Made by a program: the position numbers and the translations under genes. Of a DNA stretch of 64,000 bases, positions 61,357 through 64,000 are shown piece by piece. This DNA comes from Oopsacas minuta (lineage: Eukaryota > Animalia > Porifera). The stretch is taken from the NCBI GenBank assembly GCA_024704765.1, contig JAKMXF010000315.1, positions 124,001 through 188,000 of the forward strand, in the 5' to 3' direction. The notes under the pieces were generated by a model. It was not told where the DNA came from and did not search any database. It saw only the letters and a list, made by a program, of their open reading frames with translations. The first letter of the stretch is position 1; each line of letters opens with the position of its first letter.

Positions 61357-62534
61357 TTAAATAAACCCACCATTGTTTTTAGTTACAGCCTTTATTCTGT
61401 CTAGTAAAGCCCCTTCCGCGGCACGTAGGACCTCTTGGGGAAATTTTTGCCGTTCTGTTAGCAAAGAACTCTTCAAAGACTCAATAGTTTTGAGAGATTT
61501 ACTACAGGCATTTGGTTTCGAGAATGGATCATACAGAATAATGGGTTTGAACTGGGCTGCAAGGAGGCCACTGTTCTTTACTGATAAACCTGGGATAATG
61601 CTATGAAACCAATTTTGAGTGGTATTTGCGGTATAGGCAGGGGCTCCATCTTGTTGAAAGACGAAGGAGCTCCTATTGAACATTATTGCCCTAAATTCTT
61701 CACAACCTGGTTCTAAAATCAACTCATCGTAGGTAGAAGCATTATTTTTATCCCCGTTGGGGACAAAACTAGAGGTGTGCACCCACTAGCCGATATTCCT
61801 GCCCAAACCATCACTGACATGGTTTTTGTACCCGAGGGACATATCTGAGCATTTTTTATTGCTGCATGTAGTGGTTGATATTATCCTGTCATTTTGACTC
61901 ATCGAAACATCTTAGAATGTGAATATTTTCTCATCTGAAAACGAGATATTTTCCAGATCACTAGTTGCGTGTCGACCCATTTCCCCTTCATATCACAGTA
62001 GTTTCTTCTCTCTACCTGTTCGCTAAGGTAATGAACTTTCTTTATCTTGTAAGATCGCATCCCTAAGGCGGTTTTTACAACTTTTCGGATTGAAAATTCG
62101 GAAACTTTGAGTTCTAGAGCCATTTTTTCTCATCGAACGATGTGGATTTCGACGAATCCGTTCCCTCAAAGCATTCTTGGTTGTGGAGTCCTTATTGAAC
62201 GCGGACGACCACTTCTTGCCCTGTCTACAACTTCTCTGTTCTCCTTGTACCTACTTATAGTCTGATTTACAAACTTTCGCCTATTTCAAGGAAACTTCAA
62301 CAATTTCATTATTCATGCATGTGTCCGCCCGGATTAGAATAATTCAATTATTCCACACCTCTCTTCATCAATCAGGAATATATTTTCAAAATCTGTTTAT
62401 TAGGTGTTATTAAGTTAGATCCTTACAGTAAAGTATTAATATAACTTAGATATGCTTGTATATACACTAATACATTGGTTATGCTTAAATGTTTGGGTAC
62501 TCTAAATTGGGGACAGAACTTATATCGCAGCCGG
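61357..62534 (-). mobile_element. Decayed DD37D (maT) Tc1/mariner element; only one TIR seen
   Basis: SGRPRS, FQQDGAPAYTANTTQNW and, after frameshift correction, WPPCSPDLNP.D, giving 37 residues between the Asp residues. C-terminus RIKAVTKNNGGFI. Candidate terminus CCGGCTGCGATATAAG next to TA at 62535-62536. Confidence 0.78.
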
Positions 62535-62536
62535 TA

Positions 62537-63950
62537 GATACTTACATATCAAAATAGGCTTTCAATATCAGGGTGGTCATTTGTTTGGGTTTTCTCTTGA
62601 CAAACCAAATCGTCCAGCAAAAATAATCTTGGCACTTATGCTGGCTCTTCTTTTGGGACTTCTCGCTTTTGTTGCTATACTGATACAAATTTTTTCTTTG
62701 AATGCAGGAATACAATATGAACAGGTTAATTTATTTTGGAAAATAGTTCCGTGCCTGAGATGGTTATATCTTCATGCCATGAATGACAATCTACAAAGTA
62801 ATCAGATTCTTTTCACCAAAACTTTGAAAATCAAAGTATATTTTCCATCAAGCATCCAATCGAAAATGATCAGTATTGTGAGTTTTTCTTTTCTATAACC
62901 CAGTGCATCCTGTGAAGAACATTACGAACAATTGGAGCAGAAAAAAGATGAAGATGCTTAAATTTTTCATAAAGAAAAAGATACCGTTTGCAATGTATCT
63001 TGATCATATCTTGTAAACATCTATAAAACGAGCCCGAAGGAATGGTTACCCTTACCACAATATCATATGCAGCCCTGTACCCAACAAACTTCGACAAATA
63101 AAGTTTCTCTTGCTTTGCAAATATTCACTGAAAATTTCCACTCTTACTGAGACAACAAGAAGCTCATGAAACAGCACGGTTCATTGCATTTGTTGACAAA
63201 TTGTGGTCTATGTTGAATATTAGAGTCCTAGTGTTAGCATAATGAAAGATGATATGAACAGAGAGGTGTTTACTAATATAGACGATGCTAGATTAGAGTT
63301 CATGAGTTATATGGCTACCATGTTTAGCAAATAGATACCTCCTCAGGGTCCTAAACTACACGTGGAATGAGGCTTACCAGTGATACAAGCAATGCTCTAC
63401 ACATCACCCTTAATGGTTTAACCACACATATACAAAAGGTGGTCTCAGAAATGAGCAATGTTTTGACTGCTGAACTGCAAAGCGATCGTTTAGAAGGTGA
63501 ATGATAAATGGATACTTTCAAGATGCCACCGACTTTATAGTTGTAGAGCGGTCATACCTATATTATTTCGCCAGATATATAACATGCAAGGAAAAAATCA
63601 ATGTCGACAGCGAAAACGTGGAATATGTGGAGGAGTCAGAGTTTACCACAATGCAATCATGTAGTAAACTCTGCCATCCAAGTTGAAGAACCTTTAGATC
63701 TTTTATTGTCTTGTTCTACTGGATTGCTGAGGGTATTTTGGAGTTCGGCTCTTATAGTATACCCGCACGTAATTCAGTTCTCCGCCGATTTGCTAAATGC
63801 TTTGGGAAGGCATCCACTAAGAAGGCAAACCAACAACTGCGGATTGACAAGGAATCGAAATGCATAAAATACTGCGCATGTCAAATAGAATATGACTTAG
63901 CAGATCAACATATCGGACCAAAAATTTCAAATAATTTATTCATTTGGTGT
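62537..63950 (+). pseudogene. P-element/THAP9-like transposase remnant
   Basis: LHIKIGFQYQGGHLFG, PAKIILALM, DNLQSNQ, PVHPVKNITNNW, KVSLALQIF and LQSDRLEG in the expected order. Many stops and frameshifts. Confidence 0.7.
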
Positions 63951-64000
63951 TGATGAAGCCCTAAACATATGTATTATGTCAAATATTGCTACTTATCTGT

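Noticed and set aside
62581-62898. Hydrophobic ORF suggesting a small membrane protein
   Set aside because: It is the mutated frame of the P-element-like transposase (QYQGG..FG, AK.ILALM, DN..NQ).

Overview
This is AT-rich eukaryotic (invertebrate-like) genomic DNA that is essentially a DNA-transposon graveyard. I see no prokaryotic operon, rRNA, tRNA or CRISPR signal. The centre (about 19.2-30.0 kb) is a four-tier nest that can be reconstructed from TIRs, TSDs and rejoined reading frames. A decayed RAG1-like/Transib transposon is split by a decayed Chapaev3-type element, which is split by a two-gene PIF/Harbinger element, which carries an apparently intact Chapaev3-type element (575-aa ORF, CAC termini, TTA TSD). 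Also present: three copies of a ~900-bp palindromic MITE, a 398-bp pogo-type MITE, a DD41D rosa element, two full-length defective DD34D mariners and a mariner fragment, a DD37D maT remnant, a DD30D pogo split by a third Chapaev3, several hAT remnants (one full-length and unusually GC-rich), Academ-like, Chapaev-like and P-element-like remnants, and old foldback repeats. The only plausible host coding piece is one minus-strand exon at 58110-58500. Family assignments rest on my recognition of motifs, not on database searches.
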